The notes under the pieces are model-generated. The model was given only the letters and a program-made list of their open reading frames with translations. It was not told where the DNA came from and made no database searches. Shown in pieces: positions 12,141 through 26,216 of a stretch of DNA of 64,000 nt. This DNA is from Marsupella aquatica (taxonomy: Eukaryota; Plantae; Marchantiophyta), in assembly GCA_973895155.1 (NCBI GenBank), contig OZ316896.1:372001-436000 (forward strand), read 5' to 3'. Within the stretch, counting starts at the first letter, position 1, and the number at the start of each line of letters is the position of its first letter. Position numbers and translations under genes: made by a program.

Positions 12141-15100
12141 GAAAGAGATTACTTATTACAATTTGATAAGTAAATAAAATGGTTACAAGAGGGTACCTTT
12201 TAGCCCCCAATATTTGCTATGTTAATTTTCAATTTTCTTTATATTTTTATTATTCAGGGGTATAATTGTTATTGACAGCGTCGCAACGTGTTTGTTTGTC
12301 ACCGTTCATGTTGTGACAAAAATTGCTATTGTGGTGCCGTGCTAAGTTTTTTGCAATAGGGCTGTCATGGGGATCCGTAACTAGCCTCTGGCATCGCTGA
12401 AGAGTCCAGAGACGCATCAAACTTCAAACTTTGTGAAAGAGGAACCCAGGTAAAGTTTCGTTCACGGACATGGACAGCTCATGCACAATGCTTTCTACAC
12501 AGAAAAGGCACTGTGTACTGAATTACGGAGCCAGTAACAATAAAATAAAGAGATCCAGTCTGTCCCAAAGGTTCTCCATGTTTTTCCTTTCATTCAATGT
12601 GCTTTTTTTCTGCCTTGGAACCTACTGTGGTGAGCTAAAGCGGACAATCGTATTCATGCATCTGAAACCTCATGATCAGCCTAATTGTGGTGCAATTTGG
12701 TCAGTTGCAATTGTGAGCACATCAGCTATAAGTGCGAATGCAGTTTCTTATCAGCCCAAAATTTATCGTTGCTGATGTCTATGTTTTGTTCCGAAAGAGT
12801 TGGTGAATCATTCTAGTAATCAGCATAAGACAGTACTAAAGATGATAAGACTGACAAGTTGAGGAGTTCAATCTGACGACAACCTTGAGGAATTTTCCGC
12901 CGAAATAACTTTTGATTTCCAGGCCGGAGCTCGTCGAGTCCGTAAATTTCTCACACCCAGTTCCAGTAGATTTGATTTGGACGGAATGCTCACCTTTTTT
13001 ACTATCATCAATTTTACTAGGATACCCTCGAAAGTATTCGCATTTCTAACGAACTCAGATCCTGAAATAGTAGATAATAATTCCCACGTAAGAAGCTTCT
13101 GGCCAGCTCAAAACGCAACAGACACTGCATCTGGCGGTTTCTTTTAGAATCAATGTAGATCTAAACTGTCTACCTCGGGATGGATGGTCGCTACGCAGAA
13201 GTCATTTTATCTGAACGACCGAATTCAACTGTTCGAAAGACATGTTCTACGTGCCTGATGATTGTTTAAAAAAACCAATCGATTTGTCAAACCGTAAACT
13301 TTCGGGTTGAGAAACCCAATGTCGGGGTCCTTTACAAGAACTCTATGTCTGATATGTAGCGTAGCATTCAAATGTGGGAACAAGAAACTAGGAAAGAGTT
13401 CACTTTAATGTTGTCTCTTTGAATGAATGGAATTCAATTCGATGTTTCAGGGAAAAAAGAAAGAGTTCACTTTACATGAACTTGGGGATTGTCGATGCTA
13501 GTCACGTGCTAGTGGGCCCACTATTTGCTGTTGTGGCCCTGCCTTCTCATAAAATACTACTACTAACCTCTTGAATGACCGTTTGGTCCATTATTATGGA
13601 GTATGGACAGCTCGGTCCATTACTATTCAGGGCCTTGCATTTATTTTCTTCCACCTGTGTTGATTGTGCGCCCCAAGTTTGTAAACACCCCGCCCTAGTA
13701 TAAAAATTCTGTGTCAAATGCTTGCCAGCCCGATGTGCGCGTTACCGCTCCAGCCTGTCAGTGACCTTACGCGATGTCGTTTAGTCAGGTTCCAGAGAGT
13801 ACGGTGGGAAAATAATAACGCGACTAAAAGTACGATGTGTTCTTGTGATTAGCGTCCTTGTCTCCCGCTTCCCATAATCCCATGGATATTTTCAGCCCTG
13901 AGACCTACAGGCTACAGTAGCACAGTAGCACAGTGGGATTGATGGTTCTAGATCTACAGTAGAATCTAGAGTACTAGAGATATAGAAAAATATTTGCAAC
14001 TTTGTTCTTTGTAGTGTGCATGCTTGCTGCACACTTACGGTGACTCTCTCTACTGGAGACCTGAACACCGGCACCAACTATTGGACACTGGCAGACATTA
14101 CATTCTTTCAGTCTCGACTGCTCATTTTTAATGTTGACTGCCCAAATCTGGCTGGCTCATGTGTCTCACGCATTTCGTATTTGTTTTTTCCAAGGGAAAC
14201 GGCTCTGGAGCAAGCCGCGCAATTGGCTAGCTCATGCATTTGGTGCGTGGACGTGCGCAACTCACTAGCTCATGCATTTGGTGCATCGAGGTGCACAAGG
14301 CATGCTAAAGTACCCAACCGTCATGGTGTCGGACAACACGTATATGTTTGACAGGTGGCTTCAATATGAGTCCAGTAATAATTACTTTTGGGGTTATTGC
14401 TCCAGGAAACCAGCCCCCCAAGCGGTTGAAATGAGTTTTGGACGACACACCTTGATGGTTGGGTCCGGGGGTGAGAATGTGGCTGCCGATTGGACTTCAA
14501 TAGAATTGCAAGGATTTCAAGACAGTTGAAAATTACACTACTTATTCATTGGACACTTGTGTGAGGCGTTTCCGAGCAATTGAGAAATAAAAGACCAAGC
14601 TGTAACATTAGTTTGATAAGACACTTGATGAGTGGCATTCTTGAGCAGGTGAGAGTGCTGGTGGCAAATACGTGACTTTTCACGCATTAAGCTCGTGCTT
14701 TTGATAGAGAAGAAGAAAGTCTAGAGCCCTGCTCTCATGAATTCTGAGCATATTCCGTTTCCCTTGTGCTCTCTGTGTATGATTATAAAAGACAACCTGT
14801 CAATCCGTCGTCAGTGTGAGATCAATTGACCTAGAGCAATTAGTCCTTTTATCCATTTTCACCTTGAAGTGGTAAATTTCCAGGGTCTTCAACGTTGAAC
14901 GGGTAATAAGTAAGTACCCTCCTACAGACTCCAGCCAATAGGAAATAGAATTCCAAATTGCAATTACGATCTATTTCTGACCGTTCTTGGTTGTGGTTTC
15001 GTAGGTGGTCCCCATCGCACTAGGCAATCCGTTTGCTCAGCGTCAGAGCTGTACAGTTGTGAGCATCAAATTCCCCAATTATTACAGCTGAACGAACACG

Positions 15101-16356
15101 ACGTGTGACAGGAAAGCAATTCAGTAACAAGAATTTGGAGTCTCACACGAGCTCTTCCTACGAATACGGACCGAATAGATTGACCGGAAATTCTGACTAC
15201 TGACAGACGAAATATTCAAGACCAACTGACACATGCGAGTTGGCTCCAACTTTACAGCATCACCAGAAGGCAGAAGTTGACCCAAGGATCTTTCAAGAAG
15301 CTCGAGGAAGTGGATAGCTCCCACACGAATGAGGGGCAAGAGGAAAGAGGACCTCCACGAGCCCCTAAAGCTTCCACAACGCGCATGAACATTCTGGGAC
15401 CTCCCAGAAAACCTCAAGAATTCGTGCCCTCCCTTGTGCCTCCGGATTGTGCCGATTGACCAGCTACCGACACCGTTTTTTGGAAAAATCAATTTGGACG
15501 GCATTCCAACGAATTGTCTTACAAAGCAAAGCGAAGTGGAGCATTCTCATAAATGTGGACGTTACTATCTGTAAGGTGGTCAATTTGGACTTCTGCAGAA
15601 ACACAATTAAGAGGAATCCTTTCTGCTTAGTATCATATCGTAATATCGAGCAAGCTCGAAATTTATGCCATACATGCAGATCATTGAGGTATTTAGAAAA
15701 GACACTTGCACTGACCTGTGACTCGAGTCATAAATTTCTCTTCAAAAGTATTTGAACAACGCGCAAACGATGTCCAGTCCAAGGCAAAATATGATAACAA
15801 CAAGCTCCATCCATGCATTGGAAACAATTCAGACAATATTATCCTCCCGACGACATTAATGAATACACAGGAAAAATCACATTACATACTGTAGCTTAAT
15901 GAATTCACAGGAAAATATGTATTATTCACAGGAGAGATGTACATTAACGTAACTAATTGAATTCACAGGAAAAATAGAAGAATGAACAACTGGAATACTT
16001 GCCGCTTGACTGAATGGCTGGCTTATTGGGTGTGGTATTCACAAGCACCCAAATCAAACATGACCCAATGTGGATCACTTTTAAAGCTCCACTAGCTACG
16101 TAGCTACAAAGCAAGTCACGAATAGACTGGTATCATGACGGTTCAGACTACCAGGAGTCAGTCCAGGCGTGGATCACGGTTTCTTCGCATAACTCTAGCA
16201 AGTCCGCAAAGAAGAGAAGCAGTTCTTGAGAATTCGAGGAGTTTGCCATCATCACCCTCAAAACAACTTAGAACTCCTGTTTGTTGGCACACAATGTACT
16301 CTGACCGAACCCTGAAAAATGGAAGTGACAGGGAACACAAAAACCTACAATAGCTC

Positions 16357-17862
16357 CTAAATCCGAGAAGTCATTCGGACCAGGGCATCATCCTTGGGAG
16401 AGATGGTGGGTGTGTAGGCCAGGTCATCACAATTAGGGGTACGCTCTCTGGTCCAATCCACAAGCGTGGAATAGAGAGCTACAAAGACGGTGAGATGATT
16501 GTAGGCATATCGTTGCCCAGGGCACTGATGGGTGCCAGCTCCAAAAGTAAGCCAGTTGCGCTTAAACAACACATCTTCCTGTCTCTCTGCAGAGAATCGG
16601 TCAGGATCGAAGGTGTCCGGGTCTGAGAATCCTTGGAAGGATGACTCGAGCACAGAGGGGAAGACGAGCGTTCCCTTGGGAATTGTATAATTTTCAGTAA
16701 GGACGAAGTCACTGCAAGCAAGATGAGGCACCAATGTTGCAGGTGGTCTATACCTCAACACCTCCTTCACAACCTGAGTTGTGTACACCATCTCCCTCAG
16801 CACCTCAGGCGTGAGGGGCTCCAGGGGATCAGGTCTCAACCGCTTCTGCTCGTCACGTACCTTTTCTAAAATTTTCGGATGAGACTCCAACAAGGTCACA
16901 GCCCAGGTCAAGGACGAGGTGGAAGCATCCTGTGAGGCAAAGAGAAAATCAAAAAGATGGCTCCCTACGTCCAAGTCACTGCTGTGGGGCGGTGGGGGGC
17001 CTCCCTTGACCTCTGCCTCCTTGATTTCCTTCACTGTCTCGACCATCCAGTAGTCCGCAAAGCATTCCGGCTCCTCCTCATTGGCCATCCTGATCTTGCT
17101 CTCGTGCACACAGTCCCGGAGAGACTTCACCAGCCGGGGGACGGCCATTGTGGCCTCGTAGTAAGCGAAGCCCGGCAAATCTATGGGCAGAGCTAAGGTA
17201 CCAGCGTTGAAGACCTTATAATCCTCTGCGAATTGTTTACGTGTCTCCTCTGACATGTAGGGCCCTACAAAGGCCGACTGTGACGTAGCCAAGTTCAAGT
17301 CCCTCACCAGAAGCCTTAGTTTGGCTGCGTTTCCTGTGGTCTTGCAGATTTCGATCCATTTCGCTATGTGCTCTCTGATAATCCTGTCCTGAATGGATAC
17401 ATAGGTCCCGAGAGCCTTCAAGGTGAAATTGGGAGCGAGACGTCTTCGTAGATCTCTGTGCTCCTCGCCGAACATGAAAATCAGATTAATATCTCCGAAA
17501 AGCTTCTTGCCGAACGGGTGCCCCACCAGCTGGAACGCGTCGGCCCTCACATTGCAGAAAATCCTCTGTGACAGCTCCGAGTCTCGAATGAACACGATGA
17601 ACCTTCCGCACAAAACGTTCCAGCACATGCCCACCTTCCCTGAGGTTGTAGCCTGGTCAATCCAGAACTGGGTGGGATCTTTCACCATCTTCATGGCGTC
17701 TCCTAAGAAGGGGACGACCATCCCTGGCCCCGGGATGTGCAAGCCCTTCCGCATGTAGGAGACCTGCTCGTACAACAGCAGTGAGACCACTGCCACTGCC
17801 AGAATTAGCTGCCATTCTCCCAACCATGATAATCCCAAACGCCATGCACTACTCAATTCCAT
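16357..17862 (-). CDS. CYP710A: Cytochrome P450 CYP710 family, sterol C-22 desaturase (501 aa, intronless)
   Basis: N-terminal TM anchor followed by YEQVSY..K..IPGP..VVPFLG; CYP710 signature LVGHPFGKKLFG; I-helix DFLFASQDASTSS; EVLRYRPP; FDPDRF; heme motif FGAGTHQCPG. First ATG at 17862. Confidence 0.95.
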   Translation of the reverse strand: MELSSAWRLGLSWLGEWQLILAVAVVSLLLYEQVSYMRKGLHIPGPGMVVPFLGDAMKMVKDPTQFWIDQATTSGKVGMCWNVLCGRFIVFIRDSELSQRIFCNVRADAFQLVGHPFGKKLFGDINLIFMFGEEHRDLRRRLAPNFTLKALGTYVSIQDRIIREHIAKWIEICKTTGNAAKLRLLVRDLNLATSQSAFVGPYMSEETRKQFAEDYKVFNAGTLALPIDLPGFAYYEATMAVPRLVKSLRDCVHESKIRMANEEEPECFADYWMVETVKEIKEAEVKGGPPPPHSSDLDVGSHLFDFLFASQDASTSSLTWAVTLLESHPKILEKVRDEQKRLRPDPLEPLTPEVLREMVYTTQVVKEVLRYRPPATLVPHLACSDFVLTENYTIPKGTLVFPSVLESSFQGFSDPDTFDPDRFSAERQEDVLFKRNWLTFGAGTHQCPGQRYAYNHLTVFVALYSTLVDWTRERTPNCDDLAYTPTISPKDDALVRMTSRI

Positions 17863-18745
17863 CACTCACTCCCTCCCTCCCTCCCTCCCTGCCTGGTTCG
17901 ATTGATTGATTGCTTCACCCCGGCTGTCCTTGTTCTTCTTCTTTTCTTCCTGTTTCTGCCTGAATCTCACTCACTCCTCCAACCCACCGGAGTTCTAGAA
18001 GCCCACTCCGCCAAACCTTCAAACATGAACCATAACCTGATAACCAGCACTCACTGGAAATGGACCTTCCAACGGCTCTCAATCAGACTACATTCAAAAT
18101 CTGGCTTGCTTGTTGTCTCCCCCCTTCACAATCCCCCCTCCCCACCTCCTGCTATCAATCCTTCGTGCACTCCGCCAGACGAAGAACAACAGTTTATGTA
18201 ACGAGCAAGACACGGAACGCCAGCATGTCATCTAATTGAGGATCAACCAAAACAGCAACAAAGAGTTCACCTATCCGCCCGGGACAAGACACCACTCTAT
18301 TTATCACCAGACAGATCCGTTCTAAAGTTCACAATGTCTCCATGACCCACAAGTTCAGCCAGTCTTCAGTGTCTTGGAAATCATGATACTGTAAAAAGCC
18401 TCATCAAATTTGTCGTAAATACCAAAGAGTCCTGCTTCTCTCCGACGGAGAGGAACCCATGCCAGACCGAATCAATGACATAATCAATTACAATTACGAT
18501 CTCTTCCTGTCGGCTGGCCGTTCTTCCTTCCCTTCCCCCGCCTCCCTCCCTCCCTCCTAGAGGACTGGACCGACGACTGAAGACATTCGATTCAATTTAT
18601 ATCATTCTCGGACATGTCTAGCTAACCCACGTCAGGCTCTGGATTGACCAATTGTTAAATTTCTAATCCAGCACTAAATACTGTACCGTACAGTAATGGG
18701 TGAATCTGTTTCATTATTTTATGTGTATAAATCACTTAAACAACA

Positions 18746-18848
18746 AAAAGGGTCCATCCTGGCTGTGACCTCGGTAGTGACAAACAAAGATCCTAAAAGG
18801 GTCCATCCTGGCTGTGACCGCGGTAGTGACAAACAAAGATCCCAAAGG
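18746..18848. repeat. Tandem duplication, 49-bp unit x2
   Basis: AAAAGGGTCCATCCTGGCTGTGACC(T/G)CGGTAGTGACAAACAAAGATCC at 18746 and 18795. Confidence 0.9.
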
Positions 18849-19979
18849 CAGGGGAGATAACAAAGAAAAACCTCTCTCATTTAGTATATGAATCTTAACC
18901 GTCAATGGTTTCCAGAAGCATTCTCGTCGCATCCTCCCGCTTTGCATGGAACCTTTAATAATGCAGGGAGAAATCAATATCACAAGCACATTCTTCCCCT
19001 CTGCTGGGCTTGTGCCGTAAGCTTTAACTATCGTTTAAAATTTACTGTAAACAAAGTGAGGGTTCTAAGTGAAACAATATTGTGTATGTTTGTTTGTCTG
19101 TCTGTCAATCTGTGTGCAGGGAGAAGCAAAAGGTGATAGGGACCTATCAGGTGAAAAAAGAAAAGAAAAAGGGGACCGGCCAGGTAAAATGAAAATGTAG
19201 ACTGTGAAGCACTAGGGGTTACAACTCAAACTATTTAATTAACTAATAAAGCGCAACCAAAAACTATTCCCTGGGCCCACCGTTTGGAGTGAAGCATTGT
19301 AAAGCATAATTGAAAGTGAGGGTGGCAACGAAAAACAGGGATGGGGACAAAGATCAACAGGAAATAGCATCAAATAATGGATCAACAGGAAATAGCTATC
19401 TTTTTTCTGCAAGGTATTTTTTCCTCACCTGTATTTGTCTTCAAGGATCAAGTAATCAGGCTACTAACTCAAATTTGTTGCTCTATACAGAAAAATTGTT
19501 TAAGTAACTAAAATATTTGTTATTATAATTCTTAACTACAGTAGAGCTAACTGTAGCTATCTCTGTCTCAGATCAAATTTACATCTATCGTGATGCTCAG
19601 ACCAAGAGGTTGGGTGCAACCTACACAAGGGACATTATAGACAAAAGAATGTTCTTCTCAACTAGAAACCGAGGGGCATTTTACCTAAGGGCATGGTTAT
19701 GTAAGCATTTTTCCTAGTCATGTCAATTCAACTGCCAAACCAAGTCCCATGCCAAACTAAAGCACCAAGCCAAACTAAAGAACCAAGCCAAACCAGCAAT
19801 CTCTCCCCACGCTGAGCTAGCCTGAAGACAATCTGATCCCTTAATGATATTATTCCCTGGAATGAAACTCAAGAGGATAAACCATATTTATCTTCATCCT
19901 GCATGGCAAACTAGCAACGAAGCGTATGAGTTGTGGAGCAAGTTCACTTTTGGAAAGGCTGCATGAAAAACGTTGAGAA

Positions 19980-22900
19980 TGTTGTAACCCATAGGTTAGG
20001 TCAACATCCAACCCTAGTTAGGGGATTAAGGTAGTTACTATAACTACCACAGACTACATCTATACCTAGGGAGGTATTAGTAAACCCCCATGAATGGATG
20101 AACCTTTGATTGTTGGTGTACTTGACATTCTCTCTCCTAAGAATTATCTCCACCTCTCAACACGTTATCAGCACGTAGCTCTCCATGAGCAACTTTCTTT
20201 GAGAAAAAAGACCACATTTACATTAAATGTTCATAGATTTGACACATTTATTTCACGGTAGGAGGAGAATACGTTGAGAAATAGATTTCTCGTTCTTTTG
20301 TTGTGTTGCCCATTGTTGCAAGGCTATAGACAATCGGGAAATTCTCTTCAAGGAAATGCAAACAAGGGCCAGCCGAAGAATGAATTTTGGAACTCAAATT
20401 TGGCTCAATGAGGAGTTAGGAAATAAGACATAATTGATTGGGTGTGCCCAAAGAGAGAATATGAGGAGAAAGAACGTTGATGATTGACAATTCTTCCCCC
20501 CAACCAAATCCTTTGATGCCCTTCGCTCGACTGTGACGGATGCACAGAGCAATGCTATGCAAACTTGGAACTATCAGTCAAATCTTCTTGGTGACATTGA
20601 TATCAACGATATGTGGACCACACAATTCAAATTGATCCCTTGGGAGACCCTAAACAGACCTGCACCACGCAGAGTATCAAATGGATAACAGTTATAACAT
20701 ATTCAATGGTTCACAAATACGCTCTCCAAGCTACCTTCGAGATTTGAACCTCTTTGTCAACCATCAAGGTGATTGAAGCACTTACAACCTGAGATTGAAG
20801 CATAAGGGCTTGAGTGCGATAGTAACAGCAAAGGCATTGGGGGAACAAAATTAGGGAGGAGTTCTTTTATTGTAATTTGATTGAGAAGGGCTGCAGCACA
20901 TGTGACTCGCTACTGCCTCCCAGAAGCAGAATATACTTTGGTCAGTAGAGAGAGACGCGACTCTGCGGAACTTGCTGCTGCCATTGCTTATCTCAAGTTT
21001 TTCGCCAAAGAAGATATAACAATCCAGAAATCAGACACAAGCGGAGACAGGGAACAGATTGACCTCATTCAATTTGCAAAGTTGAAGGGTCCTAGTGGAT
21101 GCAACACTGGACGATAGCCTTCCGCCCTGCCCAAGCTCGCTCAAGAACCAATCTATAAATCATCAAATTAGAGGAGAATTTGTTTCTTTTCCCCTATGGA
21201 CCCTCAATAGGTGCCCCAACTAGTTACCAGGATTTCAAAGTACGAGACGTAAGGACTAAAGGAGGAAACTGACACACAAGATAGAGTGAACAACATCAAA
21301 TTGGATAAGGTGGTGTATTGATGTGATAAGGACCGGTTTCTCCAAAAGCAGAAAGTGACCCGACCAATAGAGAGAAGATTTCAAATCAAAGACAAAAACG
21401 CACATTAAATACAAAGGCCGCATTTGACGCAAGGAACAAGAGAGGAACAAGCGGTTGCGCCCCATTTGCCCCAATTCACAAAGGAAAGTCATTTCCCATC
21501 ATTGCAACATAGAACAAAGAATTTTGTCACTCCAAAAACAAAATTGCAATTGCATAATTAAGCCCTTAATTGGGTCATCAAAATAAATGAATGGGTGGTA
21601 ATTAACCACTAATCAAATGGGAAAACAAAAATCTACCCCACTACCCTATAAATCAAAATGTAACATTTCATAAATTTGAGATTGGAACTTTATTTCACAG
21701 TTCAATGCGTTGAAATAGGAAAGGGGTAAACAAAAATGGCCTAAAATGAACAAGAGCATTTTATTTTTTTCCTCAATGATGAGAAACAATTGAATGCTAA
21801 TTCACAATTAGTTGGTTTCCAGGTATACCATATATCAAGAAGTAAAATGTGGACCAATACACGATTGAAGTATAAGTTGCTTGAATGGTATAAATTACAT
21901 ACTTATTAAAAAGAGCAAATGTTTGGAACAAAATATGAAAGATGTATAAGAAGGAACAAACATGACATGGAAGGATTGTCTGTTTGCTTGATTGACATAA
22001 GTTACTACAATGAAAACTCCCTAGACCTCGATTCGAGGGGGAGAAATAATGTATTGCAATCACATAGCCATTAAGGCATTCAAATACGAACTGACAATAT
22101 TAATTACTAATACAAAGTATAGGTAGAGGTTCACCCCCTATATCTAGTGGGGATAGTTGTTAAGCTTACCATGGAGGATATAGGGGCCAACCTCATATAA
22201 GATATATATATATTAATATATATAAGGTATTTAGACATGACTTAAATTTTGGAATTCCAAGAATAACGTGACACCTAGTCATGGGTGACGAATGCGCATA
22301 AAAATGAGAATTTGAGATTTGAGGGGGAGAGAAGTACACCCTCCTCGTACACATACATTGGACTATTTGAGCTCCATTTTGCAAATGATATCAAATGAGG
22401 AAGTGCCTTTAGCACATGCTTTGAAATGAACTGCACAAGTGCTCTGAGCACATGAAATACCAATGATGACCAATCATGAAAAATACTTTGTAAAAACAAA
22501 TAAGATAATTGGAGAGAAGAGAAATTCTCCTTGAGATTTGCAAAGCCTTTGATGGAAGTGTGTGAAAATCCCTAATGTTCACCACCATGGCTTTGCCAAT
22601 ACTACTTATGAACATGATATGTATATATGTTGGCCAACTATTTATGTCACATGGGAAAAATGATTCCACATATATGGATCCAAAAGGTAAACTGAAGGCA
22701 ATGGAATACCACCAAAAATGATGGAAGACTAACTTATGCAAGTTGGTTGCAGAAATGGCACATTTGATGATAAACACCATTCATGAAGGAAAACTTGAGA
22801 TCTAATGAAGAACACAAATGAAGACTCCCGTGTGAAGGAAGAATGTGGGACCAATCAGAAATGAAAACCCAAGATTCAAGTCTCTTCATGCTTCAAGCCT

Positions 22901-23349
22901 CAAACTTCCCCCACTTAAGAGTTCATATGTGACTTACTCCCAATAGGGGACCAATATTTAAGACTTGTATTTTTACCCCCCTTGAAACATATCCAAAATG
23001 ACTATAAATGTAACATTGGTGGTGGCACTCTTTCCCTTAGAAGAAAGCAGGAGGGTTTTAATGAGACCACACCAATGGATACCAATTATGTACTACATTG
23101 ATCTATCATTTACGGTTAGATGTTAACCCTAGTGTGGTTGCATTATCTATGATAAAACAACCAAGGGGGAGTGTTGTAACCCATAGGTTAGGTCAACATC
23201 CAACCCTAGTTAGGGTATTAAGGTAGTTACTATAACTACCACTACATCTATACCTAGGGAGGTGTTAGTAAACCCCCATGAATGGATGAACCTTGATTGT
23301 TGGTGTACTTGACATTTTCTCTCCTAAGAATTATCTCCACCTCTAAACA
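19980..23349 (+). mobile_element. Non-autonomous LTR element (Bianca-type copia derivative, no intact coding sequence)
   Basis: LTRs at 19980-20162 (183 bp) and 23172-23349 (178 bp) differ by 4 substitutions and 2 indels. TSD GAGAA on both sides, PBS GTTATCAGCACG (20164-20175), PPT AAGGGGGAG (23163-23171). No long ORF inside. Confidence 0.92.
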
Positions 23350-24130
23350 GAGAATAGGTTTATTCCACTTCAAACGAGCTGAAAAAGTAGCTTAAAAGTC
23401 ACATAACACCAAAAATTGGTCTTCAAGTCTCAACGTGAGGGTTTACGTCCAAATACGTGATTTACAGGACTTCTCATCTAGAGGTTGGAATTTTTGGATA
23501 CTTTGGGTTATTTCCACACCTTGATGAGGCTCTCTAATAAGCTCCATAAACATGGGCACTGTGTCTCCCATCTGAAGCTTGTCGTTGCTTACCCTCATGG
23601 GTTGAACCTTGGAATTGTAGATAACATTCAGTCATCCAATAACCCATGTTTTGGCATAGCATTGAGCTGTCCTCCTTGTTCATCTGCTTGTCTGTGATAT
23701 CATTTGTCATATGGGCACAATTGTTGAACAACAACTATTTTTTGAAGCTGCTATATGGTGAATCCAACTCTCATGTTTTGTCTTATTCATATTTGTGTAT
23801 CATGAATTTTTATTTGAATGTACCTTAACAAGGGGCATCCTTTGTATCACATAGACTTTTGATTCATTTTTGGACCCCTTTAAATTTTTGGTATTCTATA
23901 GTGTTTTGAATTTATTTTGGCAGCCCCCTTAATTTGTATAATTTGTAAACTTTGTTAAGTCCTAGAGAGAAACTAAGGGCTTCATTTTCTACCGCTTTTA
24001 AGCTCATGAGTGAGAGGAATGATTCTAAGAATTGTCAGCACATCCTGTCTTAAGCTCCCCTTGTGGCTTTCTTTCCTAAGTTTATGGTTTTTATTGAATA
24101 AGAGTCATTAATAAGGCACACTCAAATACT

Positions 24131-24329
24131 TGCACAACTCGTAGGATCTTTGTGTAATAAAATTGTACTTTCCATTGGTCACTATGTGCTTTTATTGCAT
24201 GTGCTTTATTTATATTATTTGATTTCATTGTGCACAACTCGTAGCAACTTTGTGTAATAAAATTGTACTTTCCATTGGTCACTATGTGCTTTTATTACAT
24301 GTACTTTATTTATATTATTTGATTTCATT
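24131..24329. repeat. Tandem duplication, 100-bp unit x2
   Basis: TGCACAACTCGTAG...TTGATTTCATT starts at 24131 and 24231, near-identical. Confidence 0.9.
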
Positions 24330-25771
24330 CACATTTAATATATATTCTAGTCTTACTCTTTAATTTTGTCCACTTAATATCACTACAAGACAAAAAGTAA
24401 AGCATGTTCCAGGATGAGCATGCTATATGGGCACAATTGTTGAACAACAACCTGTGCCATACAAATGCCATCATGGTTATGTTGGCCAAAATGGTTTATC
24501 TCAGCGAGTTCCCAACAAAGAAGTTTTCATTGAGAGAATAGTTGCCGTTATGGCTGGGGATCAATCCACCATTTGGAAGTCAGCTGTGAAATTCAAGCTT
24601 CATCAAGCACTTAAAGTCAATCCCCTTCACAATGCCAAAAGCCTAAGAAATAAGCAAACTCTTTGGCTTCCCAAGAACAAAGCTATGCAAAAGTTCTTGC
24701 ACACAGGAAATTTGAAAAGCTTCAGCAAGTACCTTGTTTGACTGGCATATGACCACTTGTTATTGTTTTGGCAACAAGAGAGATCAGAAGAAATCTGCAA
24801 CAATATGAAGAACTGATAAATAATATCCTGGACAGTCTGTTACCTTGGATTATTTCGACACCTCTTCCCGTCCACTTTAGTTATGCCATTTTAAGAACAT
24901 ACGAGGGAGAGATGCAGCTTACTCTGACCAGCACTAAACTTTAACAAGGTAGAGTCAAGTCAGCCCAAAGCCAGAGGAGGAAATAGCTTAAGTATTCACT
25001 TTGGGATGGGGAAAAACAAGTGCTTCAATCCTCTGGTTTCCGCATTGTTGTTAAATCAAAAGAAAAGTGTTTTGGGGGGAAAACACTTTATTTTCATTTG
25101 CGTGTTAGGTTGACATATATTTCTCAATTTACAGATCTTCTACACATATTTTGCATGAGCTTTTACTAAGTTGGATTTAGATTAACGTACGTATTTACCC
25201 CATCGTGCATACTTTTGGGACCACCTTACTATAAACAAAACTTTAACAATAGCAAACATGGGACAGTGATCGTTTTTGTCAGTAAGATCTTTTTTGTCAG
25301 CAAGATACTAGACACCTTTGAGAGGGTGGCTTTACAAGATGTCAGGCCCATTGCTTCATTTTATGGTCTTATTACATCTACAGAGTAGACGCAGTGGTGA
25401 CGGTTGCACTTGGCCTAAACTTGGGGCCCATTCAGTTATGGTGTTTACCAATCCCACATGGCATAATGGCATATGGTGTCTACGAATCCCACATGGAGTG
25501 GGCCCGCCATGCGTAGTGCTTATTTTATCTAGGATTTAGGGCACACCAAGATGTGGTCCAAACGTTGGCTCCTCAATTCACTCAGTTTGCATTTATTTTA
25601 CTCTGACTTTTGGTTTGGGGTCTATCTTTAGAACTAGAAGTGACCCTCCAATTTGCTTTGCTGTAAAAAGTCACACATGCACCCTAGTCAGGGTCAGGGC
25701 ACCCTATATGAGGCGTGGAAAAAACCAAGGTCGTTTGGATGAACTTGGACAGAGGAGTGGAGGCAGGTGCC

Positions 25772-25880
25772 TGAGAAAGCCACCAGATACTCCACAGCAC
25801 TGCGAGAGAAAGCCACTGAATACTCCACGTCACTGTGAGTAAAAGCAACTAGATACTCCACACTCCAGTACTCCACAGCA
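25772..25880. repeat. Minisatellite, ~33-bp unit x3
   Basis: GAGAAAGCCAC..ATACTCCAC..CACTG repeated about three times. Confidence 0.7.
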
Positions 25881-26216
25881 CGCCCAAGGTCAATCATAGC
25901 ATTTTGACATATGATACTAGTGAAATAGTGCTGTAATGCATGTTCGCCAACATCTCCACACCCATACTCAATTGTTGCTTTTGAACCTTACGTAACGGAA
26001 GGTTGAGTGCCATTCTGTGGGGGACGTCAATTAACTATTCAGTGGGCCCCAAATTATTTAGAACAAGCTAGCTCAATATCCCTTACTTGGAGAGAAGATG
26101 TAGTTGCGGGAAAAGAAGTTAATGACTAAAAACCTTCATTGGTGAAAGGATGTTCTGAAGGACTTTGGAGTAAAAACAGGAGTCAAAAGAACATCATCTG
26201 GCTACAACCCAGGTAA

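Noticed and set aside
15121-15504. Short ORFs on both strands downstream of CYP710
   Set aside because: No recognisable domain or convincing splice structure.
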